DNA of 11,220 nucleotides from Escherichia coli (GTDB lineage Bacteria; Pseudomonadota; Gammaproteobacteria; Enterobacterales; Enterobacteriaceae): NCBI RefSeq assembly GCF_003334765.1, contig NZ_QOWT01000057.1; one strand, 5' to 3'. Shown piece by piece: positions 1 to 7,774 of this stretch (position 1 is its first letter; each line of letters starts with the position of its first letter). The notes under the pieces were generated by a model. It saw only the letters and a program-made list of their open reading frames with translations, ran no database searches and was not told where the DNA came from. The position numbers and the translations under genes were made by a program.

Positions 1-735
1 CAGTCTGGCATCATCAGATATAACCCGGCTCTGGATATGGCTGGTGCATTGACCACGGTAAAACGCCAGCATCGCCCTGCTCTGGATCTTTCACGCCTGC
101 CTGAACTTCTGTCGCGTATTGACGGTTATAAAGGTCAGCCTGTCACCCGACTGGCAGTTATGCTGAATTTACTGGTTTTTATTCGTTCCAGTGAACTCAG
201 ATATTCCCGCTGGTCTGAAATTGATATTGACAATGCCATGTGGACTATTCCAGCCGAACGCGAACCTCTGCCAGGCGTAAAATACTCACACCGGGGCTCC
301 AAGATGCGAACACCACATCTTGTGCCACTCAGCAAACAGGCTGTAGCCATACTGACAGAACTACAGACATGGGCTGGTGAAAATGGTCTGATCTTTACGG
401 GAGCACATGACCCGCGTAAACCGATCAGTGAAAATACTGTAAATAAAGCCCTGAGGGTGATGGGATATGACACAACCCAGGAAGTCTGTGGTCATGGATT
501 CCGGGCGATGGCGTGCAGTGCATTGATTGAATCAGGTTTGTGGTCCCGCGATGCTGTGGAACGTCAGATGAGCCATCAGGAGCGTAATGGTGTACGTGCT
601 GCATATATCCATAAAGCAGAACATCTGGAAGAACGTCGACTGATGCTACAGTGGTGGGCAGATTTTCTGGGTGCGAACAGAGAACAATGTATCAGCTCGT
701 TTGAATATGCAAAGATTAACAATCCATTAAAATAG
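1..735 (+). CDS. int: P4-family tyrosine integrase, C-terminal portion (5' end lies upstream of window start)
   Basis: Frame 1 is open from nt 1 with no stop. Translation contains the catalytic-domain signature HGFRAMACSAL...RNGVRAAYIHKAEHLEERRLMLQWWADFL (R..Y catalytic Tyr region followed by the EERR.M.QWWAD motif typical of P4/CP4-57-type integrases). Stop TAG at 733-735. Confidence 0.9.
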   Translation, partial: QSGIIRYNPALDMAGALTTVKRQHRPALDLSRLPELLSRIDGYKGQPVTRLAVMLNLLVFIRSSELRYSRWSEIDIDNAMWTIPAEREPLPGVKYSHRGSKMRTPHLVPLSKQAVAILTELQTWAGENGLIFTGAHDPRKPISENTVNKALRVMGYDTTQEVCGHGFRAMACSALIESGLWSRDAVERQMSHQERNGVRAAYIHKAEHLEERRLMLQWWADFLGANREQCISSFEYAKINNPLK

Positions 736-742
736 TAATCAT

Positions 743-770
743 CCCGGGCTGCCAGCCCGGGAATTATTTT
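743..770 (+). terminator. Rho-independent terminator downstream of integrase
   Basis: GC-rich perfect stem CCCGGGC (743-749) / GCCCGGG (755-761) with 5-nt loop TGCCA, followed by AATTATTTT, 8 nt after the int stop codon. Confidence 0.6.
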
Positions 771-985
771 ATGAATATTTTTCTTTGTGAGTAACTGGGA
801 AAAGGATAGCGAAGTAAATTACTTTAATGAATTATTCCAGGGGCTCATTAAAGTCCTTTCGTAATACTTTATAGTCAAACACGTTATGGCTGGCATCAAA
901 AACTACGGATTTCCCCTGTATCAACGCCACGATTTTTGACCGTTAGGGGATGCGGACGATTTCCTGGACTCTCAGGAGATGAAAC

Positions 986-1689
986 ATGTTTACTGAAGAA
1001 CAAAAAATTCGCACCATTGAGCTTTATTTCAAATATGGTAAGAAGCTGGCCCCGTCGTACGCGAACTGGGCTACCCTTCGAAAAGAAATCTGCGGCGTTG
1101 GATCCGTTCATGGGAAGCAGGTGGCGGATCAAAAGAATCCATTCGTCATAAGCACCGTTACTCCGATGAGCAAAAACAGGTTGCCGTTGAACATTATCTT
1201 AACCACGGCTGCTGCCTGGCGTTTACCAGCAGGACTCTGGGTTATCCCTGTACCGATATGCTCGCTCGCTGGGTTAATGAACGTTCCCCCGACAGACGAC
1301 GTGTATTTACCAGTAAGACCAATCCGGTTGCGTCCTTTGAACCAGAAGTCAAACGTCAGGCTGTCATGGTACTCTGTACACGACAAGGATCAGCCAGTGA
1401 AATCGCCAGGCGTATTGGTGTCAGTCGCGCGGTATTGTATAAATGGAAAGATGAAATTATCGGCAACAGTGCTTACCAGACTATGCGTAAACATAACGCC
1501 CCTTCCCTGGAGGCAGAACGCGATGCGTTGCGGGAGGAAGTCGCCCGACTGAATCAGGAAATACGCCGCCGGCAGATGGAACTGGATATTCTGAAAAAAG
1601 CGGAGGAAATAATAAAAAAAGACCCGGGCATCAGCATCAGTCACCTGAACAACAGAGAAAAAACAAAGATTACTGATGCCCTGAGATAA
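986..1689 (+). pseudogene. IS3-family transposase OrfA, frameshifted
   Basis: N-terminal part (MFTEEQKIRTIELYFKYGKK...) is in frame 2 from 986; the HTH/coiled-coil part (...SASEIARRIGVSRAVLYKWKDE...EAERDALREEVARLNQEIRRRQMELDILKKAEEI...) is in frame 1 from about 1258. The two parts need a frameshift near 1130-1260 to be joined. Confidence 0.7.
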
Positions 1690-2513
1690 ACATATCCCCT
1701 GACAGAATTACTGCATGTTCTGGGCCTTGCCCGTAGCAGTTATTTTTATCACCGGGCTGCACTGAAAGCCAGTGATAAATACGCCACGATACGTACGATG
1801 CTGACAGATATATTTAACAGTAATTACCAGTGTTATGGCTATCGTCGCCTGCATGCGATGCTCAGGCATGAGGGGGATCGGCTATCAGAAAAGGTTGTAC
1901 GCAGACTTATGGTGGAGGAACAGCTTGTCGTCAGCCGTAACCGTCATCGCCGCTACAGCTCATATTGCGGAGAAATCGGACCTTCTCCGGATAACCTTAT
2001 CGCCAGAGATTTTAAGGCGGAGCAACCTAATCAGAAATGGCTGACAGATATCACGGAGTTCCAGCTTCCTGCAGGAAAAGTCTGGCTATCACCGGTGGTG
2101 GACTGCTTCGACAGAAAAGTTGTGAGCTGGTCTCTCAGTACACGCCCCGATGCTGAACTGGTCAACACTATGCTGGATAACGCTGTCGAAACGTTAAATG
2201 CTGGCGAACGACCGGTGATACACAGTGACAGAGGTGGGCATTATCGCTGGCCTGGCTGGAAAGAGTGAATACAGCAGGCCTTATTCGCTCAATGTCCCGT
2301 AAAGGATGCTCGCCTGATAATGCTGCATGCGAAGGCTTTTTCGGCAGACTGAAAACTGAAATATATTATGGGCGTAAATGATTGGGTATCACGCCTGAAA
2401 AATTCATGCGGCATGTGGATGCTTACATCAGATGGTATAACGAGCGGCGTATAAAATTTTCGCTGGGTGCAGTCATCCCTGAAATGTACCGCCAACAATG
2501 CGGGCTGGCATAA
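1690..2513 (+). pseudogene. IS3-family transposase OrfB (DDE integrase domain), disrupted by frameshift and in-frame stop
   Basis: Frame 1 reads ...TELLHVLGLARSSYFYHR...QKWLTDITEFQLPAGKVWLSPVVDCFDRKVVSWSL...IHSDRGGHY then stops at 2266-2268. Continuation is in another frame (WLERVNTAGLIRSMSRKGCSPDNAACEGFFGRLKTEIYYGRK, stop TGA near 2377, then ...FMRHVDAYIRWYNERRIKFSLGAVIPEMYRQQCGLA, stop 2511-2513). Confidence 0.7.
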
Positions 2514-2553
2514 TAAAGCAGTCCAGGAAATCGTCCGAATCCTAATTACTGTC

Positions 2554-3061
2554 TTATATCATTGGCGCTGATACATTAACAGGACGCTTCACCTGCGCGT
2601 AATAAACGCTACGGTGAACACCGAATAAATGACAAATAATCCGCACTGGCCGCTTTGCTTTCAGCAGTGTGATTAGCGCGACAGCTTGCCGGGGATTTCG
2701 CTCATCAGCACGGCAGCCTGCTTTAGTATTTCTTTTTCCATCTCAAGGCGCTTTATCTGCGCTTTTAAGCTGCTGAATTTCTCGCTGTTCAGGGGTATGG
2801 CATTACCAGCGGGCTCAATACCCTGAAGTTCCAGCTTATACAACCGTATCCATTTACGCAAATGGTCAGGATTGAGCTCAAGTGCCAGCGCGACTTCTCT
2901 GACATCGCGCTGGTATTTAACTACTTGCTCGATAGCTTCGAGCCTGAACTCCGGGGAAAAGGTGCGTTTAGTCCGACGAGTTTTGCTCATGCATCACCCC
3001 ATTTTCACTGTTTTAACATTAACAGGATTTCGAGGTGTCCTGAATTACCGATCCACTACAT
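2554..3061 (-). mobile_element. Second IS3-family element, remnant truncated within orfB
   Basis: Intact orfA-like gene on minus strand (2673-2990), but only about 110 bp of would-be orfB before the IRR of the first IS at about 2553. Candidate left terminal repeat starting TG (minus-strand TGTAGTGGATCGGTAATTCAGGACACC, plus coordinates about 3035-3061). Boundaries approximate. Confidence 0.5.
2673..2990 (-). CDS. IS3-family transposase OrfA (HTH + leucine zipper), 105 aa
   Basis: MSKTRRTKRTFSPEFRLEAIEQVVKYQRDVREVALALELNPDHLRKWIRLYKLE...LKAQIKRLEMEKEILKQAAVLMSE, the typical IS3/IS911-group OrfA architecture. No downstream orfB remains. Confidence 0.7.
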   Translation of the reverse strand: MSKTRRTKRTFSPEFRLEAIEQVVKYQRDVREVALALELNPDHLRKWIRLYKLELQGIEPAGNAIPLNSEKFSSLKAQIKRLEMEKEILKQAAVLMSEIPGKLSR

Positions 3062-3790
3062 TAATTCTTACTGGTTAATGATTAACAATATGAATCATTA
3101 CATACGCCTGTTGTATATATTTTAGCCTCTCTTTTACCAAACATAAGAAAACTAAACAGGTGGCACCGCCCCTGCTGGCCCGACAGAGAAAATATCTCCT
3201 TATCACTGCTGCATGAGTGGTACAAATCAGAAAAAAAACTCTCAGTGATACGACTGGCTGAACTCCGTGTAAAAATGCATTGTGTACGATTTACGAAAAA
3301 CACACTGCCACACATCTGGAATTTACAATGTCCGGAGAGTGTGGAGAAACGAATAAAGACAGTTACGGGGCAAGAGTTGCATACAGTCGCCTCTTCTGTA
3401 AAACTCCACACACTGGAACAGAGAAGGTTCTGGTAAACATCCATCCCGGATACACATATCCACCATGCTATGGAAATCAGGATATTACCGTGCACTGAAT
3501 AAAATAATATTGCATGAATATTCAGGGCCGTCAGGATTCGTTCAACAAAGCACAGGGGCAGATAGATTATCTATACTGATTTAACAGTATAAATAATTCT
3601 TTCACCATCTTGTCAGCGATGAACATTTATGTTCTTTTATTTGAAGGAATCTGCTCTTACTCTCTGCCGGGCCGCCTCACTCATACAGATATCAGGCAGT
3701 CATAGATTGTTGTGAAAAGTAGATATTTACCGGATGACTGATGCACTTTTATATAAAGGCAGAATGTTTCAGTATATGGAAAATGATTAA

Positions 3791-4291
3791 ATGGAAAACA
3801 TACACTCATTAGAGAAGATAATCAAATATCAACAAAACAAAGATCCCCTGTATCCCTGTCAGGAACATCTTTTGATACAACTCTGTATCCGTGCAAACAA
3901 GAAAATACAGGATAATATATCGAGAATGCTGGGAGGATACGGAATAAATTACTCAACATATATGGTTCTCACCGTATTATCTACAGCAGATAATCATTGT
4001 CTTTCGCCTTCAGAGATCAGCAGAGAACTCCAGTTTACCAGAACAAACATTACCCGCATTACAGATTTTTTAGAAAAAGCCGGATATACAGAAAGAACTG
4101 ATAGCAAAGAGGACCGCCGTGCTAAAAAAATCAGTCTGACATCTGAAGGCCTGTCCTTTATTCAGGGCATTACCCTTACACAAAACCAGTACCTGAAAGA
4201 AATCTGGAGTCCTCTGACCTATGATGAACGTGAACTGTTTAAAGACATTAATCAAAAATTACTGACGCATTTTGCTGATGTACGTTCATAA
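3791..4291 (+). CDS. MarR-family winged-helix transcriptional regulator, 166 aa (possibly PapX/SfaX-like 17-18 kDa island regulator; unverified)
   Basis: Central wHTH-like segment LSPSEISRELQFTRTNITRITDFLEKAGYTERTDSKEDRRAKKISLTSEG has the MarR pattern (recognition helix followed by the DRR wing motif and an LT..G segment). AT-rich codon usage contrasts with the neighbouring genes. Preceded by about 690 bp of AT-rich non-coding DNA. First in-frame ATG after stop at 3788-3790. Confidence 0.7.
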   Translation: MENIHSLEKIIKYQQNKDPLYPCQEHLLIQLCIRANKKIQDNISRMLGGYGINYSTYMVLTVLSTADNHCLSPSEISRELQFTRTNITRITDFLEKAGYTERTDSKEDRRAKKISLTSEGLSFIQGITLTQNQYLKEIWSPLTYDERELFKDINQKLLTHFADVRS

Positions 4292-4375
4292 AGTATGACA
4301 CGGTAAAATGACACTGGAAAATCCTTCACCAGAGCTGCTCACTGTGTTGATCCGTGAACTGACCGGGAGGGGAAG

Positions 4376-4726
4376 ATGATCTCACGCCCATCAGGTACCC
4401 GCATCTGGCTCGTTGCCGGCGTTACCGATATGCGTAAATCCTTCAACGGTCTGGGAGAACAGGTACAACATGTGCTGGATGAGAACCCCTTCTCAGGTCA
4501 CCTGTTTATCTTTCGTGGCCGACGGTGTGACACTGTTAAAATACTCTGGGCCGATTCTGATGGTCTGTGCCAGTTCACCAAACACCTGGAGGAAGGCCAG
4601 TTTATCTGGCCTGCGGTACGTGACGGCAAGGTATCCATTACCCGCTCGCAACTGGCAATGCTCCTCGATAAGCTGGACTGGCGTCAGCCAAAAACATCCC
4701 GCCTTAACTCACTGACAATGTTGTAA
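4376..4726 (+). CDS. tnpB: IS66-family TnpB (Orf2), 116 aa
   Basis: MISRPSGTRIWLVAGVTDMRKSFNGLGEQVQHVLDENPFSGHLFIFRGRRCDTVKILWADSDGLCQFTKHLEEGQFIWP matches the conserved IS66 Orf2 family pattern. ATGA start/stop overlap with the upstream tnpA tail. Confidence 0.85.
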   Translation: MISRPSGTRIWLVAGVTDMRKSFNGLGEQVQHVLDENPFSGHLFIFRGRRCDTVKILWADSDGLCQFTKHLEEGQFIWPAVRDGKVSITRSQLAMLLDKLDWRQPKTSRLNSLTML

Positions 4727-4756
4727 AAAACTCCTGACCGCATTATAAAAACGGTC

Positions 4757-5544
4757 ATGAGTCAGAAATACCTCATTCGCATTGCAGAACTGGAAAGGTT
4801 GCTCTCTGAGCAGGCTGAAGCCCTCCGTCAGAAAGACCAGCAACTGAGTCTGGTTGAAGAGACGGAGGCCTTCCTGCGCTCTGCGCTGGCCCGCGCCGAA
4901 GAAAAGATCGAAGAGGAGGAACGGGAAATAGAACATCTTCGGGCTCAGATAGAAAAACTGCGCCGGATGCTGTTCGGTACCCGTTCTGAAAAACTGCAGC
5001 GTGAGGTTGAACAGGCTGAGTCCCAACTGAAACAACGAGAACAGGACAGCGATCGTTACAGTGGGCGAGAGGATGACCCGCAGGTTCCCCGCCAGTTGCG
5101 ACAGTCACGTCATCGTCGTCCGTTACCGGCACATCTTCCCCGTGAAATACACCGCCTGGAACCTGAAGAAAGTTGTTGCCAGGAGTGTGGCAGTGAGCTG
5201 GATTATCTGGGGGAAGTCAGTGCTGAGCAGCTGGAACTGGTGAGCAGTGCCCTGAAAGTGATCCGCACTGTTCGGGTAAAAAAAGCCTGTACAAAATGTG
5301 ACTGTATTGTTGAAGCACCGGCGCCGTCCCGTCCGATAGAGCGTGGTATCGCAGGTCCCGGCTTGCTTGCCCGTGTGTTAACGGGAAATACTGCGAACAT
5401 CTGCCACTGTACCGTCAGAGTGAAATCTTTGCCCGTTAGGGCGTCGAGCTGAGCCGTGCATTACTCTCCAACTGGGTTGACGCGTGCTGCCAGTTAATGG
5501 CTCCGCTGAATGATGCCCTATACCGTTATGTGATGAACTCCCGC
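4757..5544 (+). pseudogene. tnpC: IS66-family transposase TnpC, N-terminal part; frameshifted, in-frame TAG, 3' truncated
   Basis: Coiled-coil N-terminus and Cys-rich zinc-finger-like segment (CCQECGSELDYLGE...CTKCDCIVEAPAPSRPIERGIAGPGLLARVLTG) in frame 2. The conserved continuation ([53 protein letters not shown]) is in frame 1 from about 5383, with TAG at 5437-5439. Homology ends about 5540-5550, where the frame runs directly into rsmI-like sequence. Confidence 0.8.
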
Positions 5545-5805
5545 CTGGGAACCATCCACGGCACGTCGGTCGGCGAACTGCTGGCGTGGATCAAAGAAGA
5601 TAAAAACCCTCGCAAAGGCGAGATGGTGCTGATTATTGAAGGCCATAAAGCCCAGGATGACGAACTGCCCGCCAATGCGCTGCGTACGCTGGCGCTGTTG
5701 TAGGCTGAGCTGCCGTTGAAGCAAGCGGCGGCGTTGGCGGCAGAAATCCACGGAGTGAAGAAGAATGCGTTGTATAAGTATGCGCTGGAAAAGCAGGGGG
5801 AATAA
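5545..5805 (+). pseudogene. rsmI: rsmI (16S rRNA C1402 2'-O-methyltransferase) 3' fragment, about 85 codons, with in-frame TAG
   Basis: [83 protein letters not shown], stop TAA 5803-5805. Resembles the C-terminus of RsmI/YraL as recalled from memory. The N-terminal roughly 200 codons are absent and replaced by IS66 sequence. In-frame TAG at 5701-5703. Confidence 0.6.
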
Positions 5806-5814
5806 GCCCCTGCT

Positions 5815-5856
5815 GCCGGTTTTGCCGGGTGGCGCTTGCGCCTTACCCGGTCTGCT
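5815..5856. repeat. REP-like extragenic palindromic element between convergent genes
   Basis: GCCGGTTTTGCCGGGTGGCGCTTGCGCCTTACCCGGTCTGC: imperfect palindrome whose 3' part CGCCTTACCCGGTCTGC resembles the enterobacterial REP consensus ...CGCCTTATCCGGCCTAC. Lies between the rsmI fragment stop and the hydrolase stop. Confidence 0.45.
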
Positions 5857-5871
5857 CATTGGGACAAGCGT

Positions 5872-7761
5872 TTAGTTAACGGGCACCGCCTCAAACACCA
5901 GCGTTTCCAGCGGCTGCAACGTAATCACCGTCGCGTTTTTATACTCAACGGGCACGGTTTTATTGCTGCCGTATACCGCTTTCAGACTAAACTGCGCCGC
6001 GTCTCCTGTCGGTATTTCGAAATCCTTCGCCAAATCCAGATAGTAGGTCTGTGGCTTATCCGATGGGTTGCGCAAACCGAGAATGGCTTTGTCTTTGCTC
6101 CAGGATGCCCAGCCGTACACGGCAAGCGCCGTTGGGTCGCCGCCAATCCAGTGGGTATCAACCAGCACGCTGGCATTTTCCTTCGACCATTTTGCAGCCT
6201 TCGCCAGCGTATCCCACTTCACCTTGTTCAGCATGGACGGGGTAATATACAGCTCCTGCAGCTGGGTGCCGGTCGCGAAGTAGCTCCAGACCTGATCGGC
6301 AAAGTCGCTGTCCGTTTGCACCTTCTCTAACCCGTAATAGGCATTCTCGGCGCTGACTATCCCGTGGTACATCAGCGAGTTCAGCGGGAACAGAGGGCCT
6401 TTACGGACAATGGAGCGGTACGTCTCGGCATCGCGGTAGGTCATCCACTGCTGCACCGGCGTACCGGAACCATACAGGTTGATGTCATCTCCCTGACGCC
6501 AGATAGAATCAGCGTAGAACAGCCAGGACGGGCTGGCGTCGGTGCCGGTGGTCAGGTTGATAAACAGATTCGGGGTTGCGCTGCGCATATTGTGCAGCAG
6601 GGCGATTGATGCATCGAAATCTGAGGCGAACGAGCTGCCTTTGATATGCGAACTGGCGTTACCCATCCCGTCGAGTTTAAACGAGGTGATGTGCTCGTTT
6701 TTGATAAGCTTGATGATCCGCTCATTGAAGTTTTTAAAGTAGTTCGCTCCCGACAGCGCCAGTTTGCCGTCCACGGTTTCGAACCCATACTCTTTTGCAT
6801 GCGAAACGCGAACGTCGCGCGGTTTGTTGTAGCCACCCCACGGTGAAAGCCATAGCCCAACGGAGCTGTGCAGGCTGTCGGCTTTCTCCCGTACTTTGCT
6901 AAAACCGTTTCTGAATGCCGTGCCAAATAGCCAGCGTCCGGTCAGATCGTCCCAGCCATCATCCAGCAGGAAGGCGTCCAGCGCCACGCCGCGGCCCGTA
7001 ATGAACTCCTTGTTCCACTCGTCCATACGCCCCAGCACATCCTGTTCAGTGTAGGGAGTGAAAAAGCCGATATCCATCCAGCTGTTGTAGTGCAGATAAG
7101 GCTTGTATGGGCGTGGACGTACGTCATTAATAAACTGGTTCACGCTGCGGCGCAGCTGGCTGGTTTCCGGGAAAGTGCCGAACCAGGTAGTAAAGCTGAC
7201 CGGCGCCTCTGGCTGAATCGGCGTTTTCAGCTCTACGTTGAGATTGGTGGTGGCTTCATAGGCGTAGGTATTCACGATCGGTTTATCCGGCAGGATAAAG
7301 AACGAGTCCGCAACGATCGGAGAGCTATTGATTGCGCCGTCTACGTAAGGAGCCTGAGACTGTTTTTGGGTCGGGAAGAAGGTGATTTTAGCGACGTCGC
7401 GCGGCTGCCCCACGGCGGCAATGGTGTAGCCGATGTTGGCGTATTTTCCCTTCACCAGGTTCAGCTTCACCGTGACGTTAAAATCCGGGTGCGTAAAGTC
7501 GATGACAATCGCGTTATCCTGCTTTTCGACGTGCTTGATTTTGAAATCCGCGGTGTGGATTTTACTCTCATCCGGCAGCGTCAGAAAGAACAACTCCTGC
7601 GGCGTGAGCGGATGGTTAGCCTTGTTGTCCTTCACCACGACCGTTGAGTTTGTATCATCAAACAAGAGGGCAATATTGTCGTTATTGAGCGCGTAGTTTG
7701 CTGCCGCTGCACCATGAGAAACGCAGAGAGCCAGCAGTGAGAGAGTGAGCACTTTCTTCAT
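5872..7761 (-). CDS. Signal-peptide-bearing glycoside hydrolase, GH27/GH36-like (clan GH-D-like) motifs; about 629 aa
   Basis: N-terminus MKKVLTLSLLALCVSHGAAAANYAL has n/h/c-region organisation with AAA-A cleavage context. Catalytic-domain-like motifs YNSW, FLLDDGWDD, GLWLSPWGG and FKLDGMG are reminiscent of alpha-galactosidase-type GH27/GH36 enzymes. Start is ambiguous: ATG 7761 (MKK..., preceded by TAAGGA about 10 nt upstream) is preferred over ATG 7785, which overlaps the upstream gene. Family assignment is tentative. Confidence 0.6.
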   Translation of the reverse strand: MKKVLTLSLLALCVSHGAAAANYALNNDNIALLFDDTNSTVVVKDNKANHPLTPQELFFLTLPDESKIHTADFKIKHVEKQDNAIVIDFTHPDFNVTVKLNLVKGKYANIGYTIAAVGQPRDVAKITFFPTQKQSQAPYVDGAINSSPIVADSFFILPDKPIVNTYAYEATTNLNVELKTPIQPEAPVSFTTWFGTFPETSQLRRSVNQFINDVRPRPYKPYLHYNSWMDIGFFTPYTEQDVLGRMDEWNKEFITGRGVALDAFLLDDGWDDLTGRWLFGTAFRNGFSKVREKADSLHSSVGLWLSPWGGYNKPRDVRVSHAKEYGFETVDGKLALSGANYFKNFNERIIKLIKNEHITSFKLDGMGNASSHIKGSSFASDFDASIALLHNMRSATPNLFINLTTGTDASPSWLFYADSIWRQGDDINLYGSGTPVQQWMTYRDAETYRSIVRKGPLFPLNSLMYHGIVSAENAYYGLEKVQTDSDFADQVWSYFATGTQLQELYITPSMLNKVKWDTLAKAAKWSKENASVLVDTHWIGGDPTALAVYGWASWSKDKAILGLRNPSDKPQTYYLDLAKDFEIPTGDAAQFSLKAVYGSNKTVPVEYKNATVITLQPLETLVFEAVPVN

Positions 7762-7774
7762 CGGGGTAAGATCC

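Larger units (their letters stand above)
937..2553 (+). mobile_element. IS3-family insertion sequence, degenerate (orfA and orfB disrupted)
   Basis: Perfect 18-bp inverted repeats CGGACGATTTCCTGGACT (953-970) and AGTCCAGGAAATCGTCCG (2520-2537), with imperfect extension outward to about 937/2553. They flank an orfA-like HTH/leucine-zipper reading frame and an orfB-like DDE frame (W.TDITEF motif, C-terminal YNERRIKFSLG). A7G slippery-like tract at 1612-1620. Outer boundaries approximate. Confidence 0.75.
4299..5544 (+). mobile_element. IS66-family element remnant, truncated at both ends
   Basis: Only the last 23 codons of a tnpA-like frame remain (4308-4379, ...PELLTVLIRELTGRGR, stop overlapping the tnpB start as ATGA). 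This is followed by an intact tnpB and the N-terminal part of tnpC. No terminal inverted repeats identified. Confidence 0.7.

Noticed and set aside
135-473. 112-aa minus-strand ORF
   Set aside because: Antisense within the integrase gene; spurious.
1601-1625. A7G tract in the first IS3 element as an active programmed -1 frameshift site
   Set aside because: orfA and orfB appear to be in the same frame, separated by a stop at 1687-1689, and both carry additional lesions. The tract is probably the ancestral slippery site, but the element is not functional as sequenced.
3082-3498. Cys-rich 137-aa minus-strand ORF and small plus-strand ORFs (3245-3436, 3280-3498) in the AT-rich region
   Set aside because: No RBS, no recognisable motif, and composition dominated by the AT-rich leader. 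Treated as non-coding regulatory DNA; a small protein or sRNA cannot be excluded without expression data.
4413-5132. Alternative-frame and antisense ORFs over the IS66 remnant (4413-4715 plus strand; 4709-5035 and 4773-5132 minus strand)
   Set aside because: They overlap the clearly recognisable tnpB and tnpC frames; no independent support.
5836-6330. 164-aa plus-strand ORF, with similar plus-strand ORFs at 6051-6283, 6364-6609, 7090-7647 and 8012-8815
   Set aside because: All lie antisense inside the hydrolase and aminotransferase genes, are Arg/His/Gln-rich with no recognisable domains, and have no RBS. Typical shadow ORFs of GC-rich coding DNA.
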